This document shows, in pieces, positions 9,092 to 18,713 of a stretch of 64,000 nucleotides of DNA; position 1 is the stretch's first letter, and every line of letters starts with the position of its first letter. This stretch comes from a virus (taxonomy: Duplodnaviria > Caudoviricetes): IMG/VR virus record IMGVR_UViG_3300033069_001465; one strand, given 5' to 3'. A program made the translations under genes and the position numbers. Under the pieces are notes generated by a model. It worked only from the letters and a program-made list of their open reading frames with translations. It made no database searches and had not been told where the DNA came from.

Positions 9092-9457
9092 ATGTATCTT
9101 CACAATCGGGACTTATACGCAGAAATTGTCGTATCGAAAGCACAAGGCAAACTAACAAATAAATCTAAACTAATGTTAGAAATCTTAGCCAAGAGAACCA
9201 TCAAAAAAATGAGATATTGGAACAATGATGACAAAATGGATTGTTATCAAAGTGGTTTATTAGATATGTTCGGTAACTGGTATAACTTTAATGAAGAAAA
9301 AAGTGATAACGCCTTCGCATACTTTACCGAGGTTTTTAAACGTGGATTGGCAAAGGGTTTTAATGAAATTTACAAAAAGAAAGGAGATAACGAGAATTTA
9401 ATTAAGGTTATTAGTATCGAGTCGTCAAATGATGGACAGGGACTACATTCTTTATAA
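9092..9457 (+). CDS. gp55: Late-transcription sigma factor (T4 gp55-like)
   Basis: YLHNRDLYAEI...DDKMDCYQSGL..MFGNWYNFNEEKSDNAFAYFTEV matches the gp55 region-2 pattern (NxFAYFT). Confidence 0.8.
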   Translation: MYLHNRDLYAEIVVSKAQGKLTNKSKLMLEILAKRTIKKMRYWNNDDKMDCYQSGLLDMFGNWYNFNEEKSDNAFAYFTEVFKRGLAKGFNEIYKKKGDNENLIKVISIESSNDGQGLHSL

Positions 9458-9468
9458 TATATAGTGAT

Positions 9469-10953
9469 ATGGATTATCACATTTTACTTAAGTCTTTAAA
9501 TTTTGCCAATAGAAGGGAAAATATAATATCAAAAAAATATCCAGACCTTTATAATCAAATAATAAATTATACTAAGGATTTAGTTCCATTTAAGCAAAAG
9601 GTGTATAACTATTTGCATAATATTGATTCCATACCAACTTGTAAATCTTGCAAAAATAAGGTTGGATTTTTCAATAACACATATTCAATTTACTGTTCTA
9701 ATAAGTGTAAAAATTCGGATCAAGAATTTATTGATAAAACTTCTATATTAAGAGAAAGAAGTATGATGTCTAAATATGGTGTTAAATATACATTTGATAT
9801 GTTATCTATCAAGAATAAAATAAAAAACACATTAAATGAAAAATATAATGTAGATAATATATCAAAATTACCATACATAAAGGATAAAATATCAAATACA
9901 AAAAAGCAAAAAACTATTATTGAGTACAATAATAAATCTATAAATCTAATAAGCATAGATGAAAATAGAGTAATGAGTATACTGTGTGATAAGTGTAATA
10001 ATGTATATGAAATAAATTATACAACATATTTACTTAGAATAAAAAATGAACATGATATTTGTATAAATTGTAATCAGTTAAATAATCTTAAAAGTTCACA
10101 TTTGGAAAAAAACATTTCTAAAATTATATCGGATGCTGGTATAGATTTCATATCTAATTATAAAATTGGAAATAGAGAACTTGATATTTACCTACCTGAT
10201 AAAAAAATCGGATTTGAATTTAATGGATTATATTGGCACTCTGAAGTATTTAAGGAAAAAAACTATCATCTAAATAAAACATTATTATTTGCAAAGAATG
10301 GCATAAACATATTTCATATATGGGAAGATGATTGGATATACAAACAGGATATTGTGAAATCTATGATATTAAATAAAATTGGTAAAACTAATAACAGAAT
10401 ATTTGCTAGAAAATGTGATATTAGAGAGGTAGTCGATAATAAAATAGTTAGAGAGTTTCTAACAAAAAATCACATTCAGGGGTTCATTGGATCAAAGTAT
10501 AAAATCGGATTATTTTTCAAGGAGGAGTTGGTTAGTCTAATGACATTTGGGAATCTTAGGAAATCATTAGGGCAAAAAAGTAAAGATGGATCATATGAAT
10601 TACTAAGATTTTGTAATAAATTAAATACAAGTGTTGTTGGAGGGTCTTCCAAACTATTTAAATATTTTTTAAATAACTATCCATCAAAAGAAATTATAAG
10701 CTATTCTGATTTGAGTAGATCTAATGGTGATATGTACTTAAAGTTGGGATTTAAATTATCACACACGTCTCGTCCTAATTACTATTATGTTGTTAATGGA
10801 ATTAGAAAGCATAGATTTAACTATAGAAAAGATAGACTAATTAAAGATGGATTTGACCCAAATAAAACAGAAATTCAAATAATGTCAGAACAAGGATACT
10901 ATAAAATTTTTGACTGCGGAATGCAAAAATGGATATGGAAAAGTGTAAAGTAG
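9469..10953 (+). mobile_element. Free-standing homing-endonuclease-like gene (Zn ribbons + KYGV repeats + PD-(D/E)xK domain + C-terminal domain; Hef-like)
   Basis: CKSC...YCSNKC, KYGVK/KYNVDN repeats, ELDIYLPDKKIGFEFNGLYWHS, HIWEDDW, YELLRFC; paralog at 34110-35684. Confidence 0.8.
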
Positions 10954-11249
10954 TTCACCATAAAAAAGAAGATTATGATGTTCTAATTGATAGAACTACA
11001 AAGTGGGGTTGCCCATTTTCATATAGAAAAGGAACAAGGGCAAAGTATATTTTGCCAACTAGAAAAGAAGCAATTGAAGCGTATCGTGAATGGATTACCA
11101 ATGGTGAAGGCAAATATCTATTAAATGACTTACATGAGCTTAAAGGGAAAACTCTTGGTTGCTGGTGCAAACCTAAGACTTGTCATGGTGATGTATTAGT
11201 TGAGTTGGTGAACAATTTAGATAAACCAAAAGTTGGATTTGATATTTAG
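10935..11249 (+). CDS. DUF4326-like protein
   Basis: VVHHKKEDYDVLIDRTTKWGCPF...ELKGKTLGCWCKPKTCHGDVL family signature; start at 10935 or 10929. Confidence 0.8.
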   Translation: MEKCKVVHHKKEDYDVLIDRTTKWGCPFSYRKGTRAKYILPTRKEAIEAYREWITNGEGKYLLNDLHELKGKTLGCWCKPKTCHGDVLVELVNNLDKPKVGFDI

Positions 11250-11617
11250 ATTATTAGGTCTTCTATTAGCTTAATTAGTCCATCAAATTGGTCACATTTA
11301 TAACTTTGGGAAAACACTTCTTTAGTTTTTTGATTAGTTGCTATAAACCACTCATCTTTGACCTTTTCTACAAACCATTTATCATCATCTTTTATAATTT
11401 CTAAATGCTTAGTTCCTCCCATTACTTTTCTATCAAATTCATAATCTATACAATTATTAAATAATAATTCAATCAATTCACTTTTTTCTTCTGGAGTAAA
11501 TGGTACCCTATTTGTTCCAACTCTTACTCCGGTAGCGCCCATTAATTTTTCATATTCATAATAATCAATTCTTTGATAGTATTGATTTGTAGACTCATAT
11601 GATTTCAAATATCTCAT
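11246..11617 (-). CDS. Tagged DEWF...YKCDQ family protein (MRYLKSYES...)
   Basis: DEWFIA...YKCDQFDGLIKLI. Confidence 0.78.
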   Translation of the reverse strand: MRYLKSYESTNQYYQRIDYYEYEKLMGATGVRVGTNRVPFTPEEKSELIELLFNNCIDYEFDRKVMGGTKHLEIIKDDDKWFVEKVKDEWFIATNQKTKEVFSQSYKCDQFDGLIKLIEDLII

Positions 11618-12237
11618 TATTTAATAGGACAATTTGTTGCACTATAGATATAATCAAAATTTCTTTTAATTGATACACCCAATGCTTTAGCAGTTGTTTC
11701 AACATCTAAAAAACACTCTTGGTCAGATCCGCCAACCATTATAACTTCTTTATTTCTTAGTCTTAAAAATAAATCATAGAGTTTTTTAGGACAATGATAC
11801 CAGACATGTTTGTTTCCGATATAAACAATGATTGTTCCTTCATTTGTTAAAAAGTAATTTCCTCTTCTTAATAAACCCTTACTTTCTTTATTTTTAACAT
11901 CTTGGTATATATCTGGTGATAGTATCTTTTTATAAAAATCAGCATCTACATTATAATTATATCTTTTTTCTATAATATCCTTTTGGTTATTAAATACATA
12001 TAGATCATTATTATTTGGCTTGTCTGGATTCTTATCATATAAATAATCAGTATCTACATTCTTTCCCTCTACATGGTTATCAAATATTTGATAAACAGTT
12101 TCAAATTTTTTACAATACTCATTTAATTGCTTTAAATAATTATCAGTGAAGAATTTTTTAAATGACTTCTGAACATCAACTATAATTAGTATCGATTCAT
12201 TATTATTGATTTCCTCGTATGTCTTTAAGTATATCAT
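11617..12237 (-). CDS. Tagged isochorismatase/nicotinamidase-fold cysteine hydrolase
   Basis: LIIVDVQKSF (catalytic Asp), D-x-H, EKRY (Lys), VIMVGGSDQECF (catalytic Cys); tag MIYLKTYEE. Confidence 0.7.
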   Translation of the reverse strand: MIYLKTYEEINNNESILIIVDVQKSFKKFFTDNYLKQLNEYCKKFETVYQIFDNHVEGKNVDTDYLYDKNPDKPNNNDLYVFNNQKDIIEKRYNYNVDADFYKKILSPDIYQDVKNKESKGLLRRGNYFLTNEGTIIVYIGNKHVWYHCPKKLYDLFLRLRNKEVIMVGGSDQECFLDVETTAKALGVSIKRNFDYIYSATNCPIK

Positions 12238-12247
12238 AATTTATATA

Positions 12248-12679
12248 TTATTTAGGAGAAATAGTTATTATTTGTTTCCATAAAGGGTCCGACACATAAG
12301 CTACCCTATTAGTGCCATTAATTGGAATTTCTCTATAAGTGCTTCCATTTCCTTTTTTAGATATTTGATTATAGTGAATATTATAATTCTTTTTTAATCT
12401 ACTTATTGCAGTTTCAACTTTTTTCTTAACATATAATTGATCCAAGTGATCAAATAAGATAGTAATTTTATATCCTGGAATTCCTTTAAATTTAGAAGAT
12501 TTATTAAATCCTTTAACATTTTTAATGGATTTATTTACTTTGTGACTGACAACTTCTACTTTAATTGGTAATTCATCACCTTTATGATCGTTTAGTTCTA
12601 GAAAATAATCTTCTACTTCCTCTGTGTCATTAAGGTTTTCAAATAGATTAAAGTCTTCAAAAAGATTAAGATATTTCAT
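12248..12679 (-). CDS. Tagged IEDYFLEL-family protein (MKYLNLFEDF...)
   Basis: EEVEDYFLELND...PGYKITI...IHYNQI; paralogous to the neighbouring 12707 ORF. Confidence 0.78.
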   Translation of the reverse strand: MKYLNLFEDFNLFENLNDTEEVEDYFLELNDHKGDELPIKVEVVSHKVNKSIKNVKGFNKSSKFKGIPGYKITILFDHLDQLYVKKKVETAISRLKKNYNIHYNQISKKGNGSTYREIPINGTNRVAYVSDPLWKQIITISPK

Positions 12680-12706
12680 ATATGTATATATTAAAACAAA
12701 TAAAAT

Positions 12707-13516
12707 TTATTTTGTGGGATCAATAAAAAAGACAAATTCGAATACCTCTGATCGAGATGATTCTGATCCGAGGCTGATTATTTTATAAAAAATAACGACG
12801 TTAGGACAAAGTAATATTAGCCTTTTAAATATTGATCGTAAAAAAGTTTTGGAAATAATAAGCCTGCCATCTAGCCAGTAAGCATCATTATTAGTGAATT
12901 TAATAAGTGCAACAATACAATTAACAATTGATTCACAATTTGATCTCATTATATCTGCATTTGTTATGTTACCATATAACAACTCCTGTTTAAATTTTGA
13001 ACTGTCTCCAATAATATTTTTTGTAAAAATATCAAAAGTGTGTTTATAGTGTCCTGTTATAGTTAGCTCTTTATTATATTCTGCCATATCTAAAAAATCT
13101 TCAATGGTATCTAACTCATTATCTTTTAAGGACTCATTTAATTTTCTATTTGAAATTGTGATTGTATATACGTTGTAAAATGGCCCTTCATATATTTGGT
13201 TGTAGTGTATGTGATAATGCTTTATTAGTCTTTTTAAGGCCTGACCAACTATCGATTTTATATAATCTTCTTCATTGGATGCATATGTGATACGTATTTT
13301 AAATCCAGGTAAATATTTATGATCCCATTTTTCTTTTGTCCATTTTTGCCCACTTGATTTATTAGTGTATTTTTCTTTTTTTTCTCTTTTGTGTACCTGA
13401 TGATTGCATATATCTATATGTATATTATGATCACTTAATTCTAAAAAATAGTCTTCTATTTCTTCAATTTCGGACATACTATCATAATGACTATCAAAAA
13501 GTTTGAGATATCTCAT
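12707..13516 (-). CDS. Tagged two-domain protein; IEDYFLEL-family N-terminal domain and internal KLNES junction
   Basis: EEIEDYFLELSD...PGFKIRI...IHYNQI; RKLNES precedes a second domain. Confidence 0.78.
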   Translation of the reverse strand: MRYLKLFDSHYDSMSEIEEIEDYFLELSDHNIHIDICNHQVHKREKKEKYTNKSSGQKWTKEKWDHKYLPGFKIRITYASNEEDYIKSIVGQALKRLIKHYHIHYNQIYEGPFYNVYTITISNRKLNESLKDNELDTIEDFLDMAEYNKELTITGHYKHTFDIFTKNIIGDSSKFKQELLYGNITNADIMRSNCESIVNCIVALIKFTNNDAYWLDGRLIISKTFLRSIFKRLILLCPNVVIFYKIISLGSESSRSEVFEFVFFIDPTK

Positions 13517-13527
13517 AGAATATATAT

Positions 13528-13556
13528 AAAAAAAAGCACTATAATTATAGTGCTTT
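13528..13556 (-). terminator. Intrinsic terminator after the 13580..14176 gene
   Basis: AAAGCACTATA-AT-TATAGTGCTTT palindrome followed by a T run on the minus strand. Confidence 0.75.
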
Positions 13557-13579
13557 CGTTATTATTTTAATTTATTTAA

Positions 13580-14176
13580 TTAAAGTGGTAATTCTTCCTC
13601 TTCATCATCATCTTCTACCTCCTCAAATTCACCTTGTGGCTGACCTTGTGGCTGAACCTGTGGCTGACCTTGTGGCTGACCTTGTGGCTGACCTTGTGGC
13701 TGAACCTGTGGCTGACCTTGTGGCTGACCTTGTGGTTGAACCTGTGGCTGACCTTGTGGTTGACCTTGAACTTGAACAGGTGCTTGAGCATCAACTTGAA
13801 CTTGTGGCTGTCCTTGTAAAGGAGCCTGAGCTTGTGCTTGAACAGGTGCTTGTGCCTGAGCTTGAACAGGTGCTTGTGCCTGTCCTTGTGGCTGTCCACC
13901 AAATAAAGCAGATGGATCTATTTTATCGATGTTTAATCCTTGTTGAAGAACGTGTTTTGTAATTTCTTCAGCTAATTGAACATCTGAGTAGAATTGTCTA
14001 GCATTTTTATCTAATGAGTCTTTAACCTTTTTAATATAAGCGTTTAATAAAGATTGAGGAATATCAGCAGTAACATTGACTCTGTATATATCATCAACAA
14101 TCATTACACTTTCCTTAATGATTTCCTGTAGCTTTCTTTTGTTAGAATAAGATTCAAATTTTCTTATGTGTTTCAT
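13580..14176 (-). CDS. Tagged protein with Gln/Pro-rich repeats and an acidic tail (MKHIRKFES...)
   Basis: (QPQG/QPQV)n and QAQAPV repeats, C-terminal EEVEDDDEEEELPL. Confidence 0.8.
   Translation of the reverse strand: MKHIRKFESYSNKRKLQEIIKESVMIVDDIYRVNVTADIPQSLLNAYIKKVKDSLDKNARQFYSDVQLAEEITKHVLQQGLNIDKIDPSALFGGQPQGQAQAPVQAQAQAPVQAQAQAPLQGQPQVQVDAQAPVQVQGQPQGQPQVQPQGQPQGQPQVQPQGQPQGQPQGQPQVQPQGQPQGEFEEVEDDDEEEELPL
13631..13895. repeat. Coding tandem repeats: 12-bp units (CCTTGTGGCTGA/ACCTGTGGCTGA) and 24-bp QAQAQAPV units
   Basis: Direct reading; explains the spurious overlapping ORFs here. Confidence 0.9.
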
Positions 14177-14230
14177 TTTTAAGAAATAATTTTTTATATA
14201 ATCTATATATTATAATTAAAAAGCGTTTTT

Positions 14231-14734
14231 TTACTTTTTTAGAAGCAGCAATACAATTACTGATACTAACCCACCACCACCAACAGTGAATCCTAAAAAC
14301 TTTTGCCTTTTTAGTTTTTTGATTTGTTTACCATTGTTCGAAATGATAATATCTTTATCCTTAGACTGTTTATCTGCTAATATTTTATCACTTTCATATT
14401 TCGTTATTTGTGCTTTTAGATTGAGTATCTGATCTTCTCGATCTTGTATAACCCCGTTTAAGGTATTTATTTTTAGTTTTAACTCAGCTATCTGTATACC
14501 TAAATTATTGACAACTATAATATTCGCACTATCTAATTTTTCATATTGTGCTTTCGATTGCCTTAATAAATATAATAGATCATAGTCGTTATCAATTTTT
14601 TGAGCTTGTTCTAAAGTAAAGACAACATATGTTTTTCCATCTTTAATATAAGATTGTGGATATTCTTGTTTGACTTGTGCTTCTAATGTTACGAGAGCAA
14701 ATAATCCGAATAATAGAAATAGTATTTTTTTCAT
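14231..14734 (-). CDS. Secreted/membrane coiled-coil protein (signal peptide + C-terminal TM); spanin-like candidate
   Basis: MKKILFLLFGLFALVTLEA-Q signal peptide, heptad coiled coil, C-terminal FLGFTVGGGGLVSVIVLLLLKK. Confidence 0.6.
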   Translation of the reverse strand: MKKILFLLFGLFALVTLEAQVKQEYPQSYIKDGKTYVVFTLEQAQKIDNDYDLLYLLRQSKAQYEKLDSANIIVVNNLGIQIAELKLKINTLNGVIQDREDQILNLKAQITKYESDKILADKQSKDKDIIISNNGKQIKKLKRQKFLGFTVGGGGLVSVIVLLLLKK

Positions 14735-14735
14735 A

Positions 14736-15395
14736 TTAATTTATTTTATTTTTAAGTGAATTTATTAAATCATCACCAACTCTTTTTATTGGTTTTTCGG
14801 TAGCACTTTTGATTTGTGCATTTAAACCATTAACCCCATTCTTTATTTTAGATAATTCATCAAAGGAAGTAGATACTCTTTGTTCAATTAATACCATTCT
14901 TTGATTGATTTCATCAAGTAATTGTAATTTTACATTTGCAGAATCTTCTAGCTTAGTATACTCATATTTTAATGTTTTAATACTATCTGCTATTTTGTCT
15001 CTTTGTTTTTGTATTTGAATTATCTCATTTTTTAGCCTTTTATTTTCTTGCTTATATGTATCAGGTTTTGAGAACCAAAAATAAACTATAACTGATAATA
15101 CAACACATCCCAAAAGTAGATATATTGGCTTAATGCCTTTTAATAGTGATACCACTACTGATTTTCCTTTTGATAAAAGAGATCCCAAAAATGAAGCAAT
15201 TCCTGTTTTAGAAGATGGTGATACACCCTCAGTTATCATTTTTGTTGATGTAGGAGTAGGTTTATCTTCTGGAATAACCACCGTTGATGTGATTTCTTCT
15301 TTTGGTTTGACTATTTTAGTCCTGGGATTGGCAGGCTTTTTAGTTGTTTTTTTAACAGGATCCTTACCTGTATTTGATTTTTTACTTAATGCCAT
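14736..15395 (-). CDS. Single-TM coiled-coil protein; i-spanin (Rz)-like candidate
   Basis: IYLLLGCVVLSVIVYFWF TM followed by about 100 aa of coiled coil. Confidence 0.55.
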   Translation of the reverse strand: MALSKKSNTGKDPVKKTTKKPANPRTKIVKPKEEITSTVVIPEDKPTPTSTKMITEGVSPSSKTGIASFLGSLLSKGKSVVVSLLKGIKPIYLLLGCVVLSVIVYFWFSKPDTYKQENKRLKNEIIQIQKQRDKIADSIKTLKYEYTKLEDSANVKLQLLDEINQRMVLIEQRVSTSFDELSKIKNGVNGLNAQIKSATEKPIKRVGDDLINSLKNKIN

Positions 15396-15492
15396 ATAAT
15401 ATAATAATTTTTATTTTTTGAAAAACTTTAACTATATTTGTAATATATATTCAGTAGTATCATCTACCTTTAAAATTTTAGAAAAAATAGAC

Positions 15493-15993
15493 ATGATTAA
15501 GAAAATAGTATCGTTTGACTTTGATGGAACATTAATCCATACCCCTACTCCTGAATCAGGTAAGCATGAATGGGAGAAAAAAACAGGGCTTTCATGGGCC
15601 GGAAGAGGCTGGTGGGGAAATGCAGAATCTCTTAATACAAATGTTTTTTACCCACCTGTTAATCAGTGGGTTTACAATCAGTTTGAAAAATATCAAGCCG
15701 ATGATAGTAATTATGTTTTTATTGCAACAGGTAGATTACATAGACTTGAAAGACAGGTAAGAAAGGTTTTAGACTTACATGATATTAAGTGTGACTTATA
15801 TTGTAACACTGGTGGAGATACCTTTTACTTTAAATGTCATTTATTCGAAACCTTAATCAAGGCCAACCCACATGCTGATGAACTTATCATGTTTGACGAT
15901 AGGCATGAACATTTACACAAATTTGTTGAATGGGCAAAGAAACAGCCTATTAAAGTGACTATTATTGATGTTATTAATAAAGTAACAATGTAA
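15493..15993 (+). CDS. HAD-superfamily phosphatase (polynucleotide 3'-phosphatase / RNA-repair HAD-like)
   Basis: SFDFDGTL (motif I), IATGR (II), K, MFDDR (IV); ATG at 15493 preferred over TTG at 15418. Confidence 0.8.
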   Translation: MIKKIVSFDFDGTLIHTPTPESGKHEWEKKTGLSWAGRGWWGNAESLNTNVFYPPVNQWVYNQFEKYQADDSNYVFIATGRLHRLERQVRKVLDLHDIKCDLYCNTGGDTFYFKCHLFETLIKANPHADELIMFDDRHEHLHKFVEWAKKQPIKVTIIDVINKVTM

Positions 15994-16220
15994 TGTATAG
16001 TATTGACAAAGATTATATGATCCCTATTGAGGAAATCAGTTGTCCTGGGTGTGGACAAAAATATGGACATCACAATACTAAAGTGGATATAAAGTCAGAA
16101 GAATGCTCTGCTTGTGCTAAAGAATTTAGGAATTCTAAAGAATTAGAATTAGTTGAAGCTTCTTATTTTATAGAACAGGTATTAGGATATCAAAAAATGA
16201 AAAAAAAATTTAATAAATAG
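15993..16220 (+). CDS. Small Zn-ribbon protein
   Basis: CPGC...CSAC. Confidence 0.6.
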   Translation: MYSIDKDYMIPIEEISCPGCGQKYGHHNTKVDIKSEECSACAKEFRNSKELELVEASYFIEQVLGYQKMKKKFNK

Positions 16221-16225
16221 TAATT

Positions 16226-16507
16226 ATGGCAACAATAACAAAAGAACAAGTTTCTACTGAGCTAGAAGAAAAGTTGGGTCAACCTTACTTACTTATTCTA
16301 CATAATGACGATTTCAACACATTTGATTGGGTAATTGAATGCCTAATGAAGATATGTGGTCATGAGTATGAACAAGCTTCACAATGTGCTCACCTTGTCC
16401 ATTTTGTCGGTAAATGTGATGTTAAGAGAGGTGATAAGGAAACAATTTCTGAAATGTATAAGAAATTAAAAGGTGCTAACCTTAGTGCCACAATGGAACT
16501 TGCGTAA
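16226..16507 (+). CDS. clpS: ATP-dependent Clp protease adaptor ClpS
   Basis: LILHNDDFNTFDWVIECLMKICGH..EQASQCAHLVHFVGKCDVKRG is the ClpS signature. Confidence 0.9.
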   Translation: MATITKEQVSTELEEKLGQPYLLILHNDDFNTFDWVIECLMKICGHEYEQASQCAHLVHFVGKCDVKRGDKETISEMYKKLKGANLSATMELA

Positions 16508-18664
16508 TTATAGTTTATAATTTCCACCAAAAAATTCATTACCACTGTTATAAACTCGATTTTGATATTGAGACATCATCCTTCTTTGCCTATTGACGTT
16601 TATAATAGATGAATAATCAGCGGTTTCTTTATATTCAACATCTTTTAATATTGCATTAAAATAGCTAAGTGACTCAGCATCTAAAATAGATGGCGCATAA
16701 TCTTCAACCATTTGTTTATATTCATACTTATTGAATATACTAGAAGTATCAACTAATGTCATTACTGTATCATCATTTCCAATATCTGCGGCATATCTAA
16801 CATTACCAGCTGGTGTAATATGTTTAACAAAGGTTGTTATTTCTCTAACATTATCTTCATTGTTGATAACAAATCTTTTCTTATCCATAGCATCTTGATA
16901 ATCTTTGACCAACATATTTTTATTGTCACCAACTTTTAGTCCTATTTTTTCCTCTTCTGCGTCTGCTTTATGTTTATATCTAAAAAATATAGAAGATCCA
17001 TAGTTATTATTCCCCTCAAAGACATGTGGTAAATGTGCTAAAAATTCATTTCCGTAACTATTTATTTCTAATACAACTTTAAAATTATCGTAATGAAAGT
17101 ATTCAAACGCAATCATATAGAATAGTTCAGCTAGTTGTTTTACTGATACAAGATTTGACCTAAACATTCCTATTTGAACTAAGCAAAAGAAATCACTCAT
17201 TGTACTATAAGTATGCTTTTGCATCTCTATTATTTCTCGTGCCTTAGGAGCAATTTTAAAAATATTAATAACTGAATAGTCCTGACCCAGTCCTTCTGAT
17301 ATATCAACCGTCATTATACCTTTAATCTGCTTTCTTTGAATTGGCATAAACAAATTATCATCATCTACCCATTTTAAATCAGAATAAGAGAATCTTAATT
17401 TTCTATCAAATTCATATATCTCTTCAAATTTATAATTTTTCTTACCAGTTAATAAATGTTCAATAGTACTCTCAGTTAATAACGACCTACTTGAATTAAT
17501 AAATCTCAATCCATATTCTTGATTAAATGCATCCTCACCACCAATATCTTTGATAGCTTCTTCTTTCCATGTTGTTACTTCTGCTAGCATTTGAATTGGT
17601 ATTTGTAATCCTTTTGCATCTATAAACTGAAATGATTTTGCCATAGCATCTGTACAAACCTCATTATTAAAAACAGATATAATGTCTTTTTGTAAATCGG
17701 GATTGAATTTAACATCTATTTTAGTTAGGTCACCAAACTCACTTACAACTTGATTATAGATATCATCTTTTGTTATACCAAGTTCAGCCATTTTAAATTG
17801 ATTCAGTCTATAATACGTTACAAATCTACCAGGTACTTGATACCAATAAACACGCATCGCTCTATAGTTATTCTTCTGTGGATCCCCACCAGGTCTTTCT
17901 GCATCTGTTAATAGCTTATAGAATAGGTTCATACCATTCGGGGTTGATGTAATAATGATCTTAGAGTTTTCAATGGCAGACACCGTTGGAAAAGCTGCGG
18001 TATAGTATGCCTCAATAATATTTGGTGGAATGTGTGCAAATTCGTCCATATATAAGAAGTCAATTGTAAAACCAATCGCTGGTGTCTTTGTTCTAGCAGA
18101 GCTTTTAATTCTACATCCATTATCAAATATAACAGATCTTTGGTTCCAGTTTTTGATTCCTACTTTTAAAAAGAATGGTAGTTGAACATAAATAGATTTT
18201 ATCTTATCAATAATTTCTATTGCTGTATTAGCAATATTCGCAACAATCATGATATTTTTATCATTATTAAATGTAATAAAGTGTAGCATTGTGATTGCGG
18301 CCGATATGGTCTTACCTATCTGTCTTGAACCACAAAGAATACTAAATCTACCACCATAGTATAAATCTAATATATCTCTTTGGTAATCCCTTAGTGTAAT
18401 ATTACCAACACTACCGTCTTCAGTTTTAACTCGACAATATTTTTCGGCAAAATAATGTATATCAACCTTACATCTGATATACTCTTGAAACTCAGCATCT
18501 GTTATCGCAAATGTAATGCCGGCTCTTCTAACACCGACTTCATTTTTAAACCATGGGTTTTGAAACCTTTTGATTACAAATCCATCATTTATTTTATTAG
18601 TTATTTCTTCAACTACTTTACTATTGAAGATAAATTTTTTCTCTTGAACCTCTTTAACTGCCAT
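16508..18664 (-). CDS. terL: Terminase large subunit (T4 gp17-like)
   Basis: LRDYQ, Walker A GSRQIGKT, Walker B YMDEFAH, ITSTPNG, FNQEY, nuclease VDISEGLGQDYS, VLEIN, NDDTVM. Confidence 0.96.
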   Translation of the reverse strand: MAVKEVQEKKFIFNSKVVEEITNKINDGFVIKRFQNPWFKNEVGVRRAGITFAITDAEFQEYIRCKVDIHYFAEKYCRVKTEDGSVGNITLRDYQRDILDLYYGGRFSILCGSRQIGKTISAAITMLHFITFNNDKNIMIVANIANTAIEIIDKIKSIYVQLPFFLKVGIKNWNQRSVIFDNGCRIKSSARTKTPAIGFTIDFLYMDEFAHIPPNIIEAYYTAAFPTVSAIENSKIIITSTPNGMNLFYKLLTDAERPGGDPQKNNYRAMRVYWYQVPGRFVTYYRLNQFKMAELGITKDDIYNQVVSEFGDLTKIDVKFNPDLQKDIISVFNNEVCTDAMAKSFQFIDAKGLQIPIQMLAEVTTWKEEAIKDIGGEDAFNQEYGLRFINSSRSLLTESTIEHLLTGKKNYKFEEIYEFDRKLRFSYSDLKWVDDDNLFMPIQRKQIKGIMTVDISEGLGQDYSVINIFKIAPKAREIIEMQKHTYSTMSDFFCLVQIGMFRSNLVSVKQLAELFYMIAFEYFHYDNFKVVLEINSYGNEFLAHLPHVFEGNNNYGSSIFFRYKHKADAEEEKIGLKVGDNKNMLVKDYQDAMDKKRFVINNEDNVREITTFVKHITPAGNVRYAADIGNDDTVMTLVDTSSIFNKYEYKQMVEDYAPSILDAESLSYFNAILKDVEYKETADYSSIINVNRQRRMMSQYQNRVYNSGNEFFGGNYKL

Positions 18665-18713
18665 AAAGGAATATTCCTATTTTAAATATATATTGTAAAA
18701 TCAAATTTCCCAC

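Noticed and set aside
13631-13770. Possible CRISPR-like repeat array
   Set aside because: Units are contiguous 12-bp coding repeats with no unique spacers and no cas genes
13585-13962. Overlapping ORFs 13585..13962 (+), 13615..13902 (-) and 13634..13819 (+) with repetitive peptides
   Set aside because: Alternative frames of the stop-free 12-bp tandem repeat inside the real Gln/Pro-rich gene
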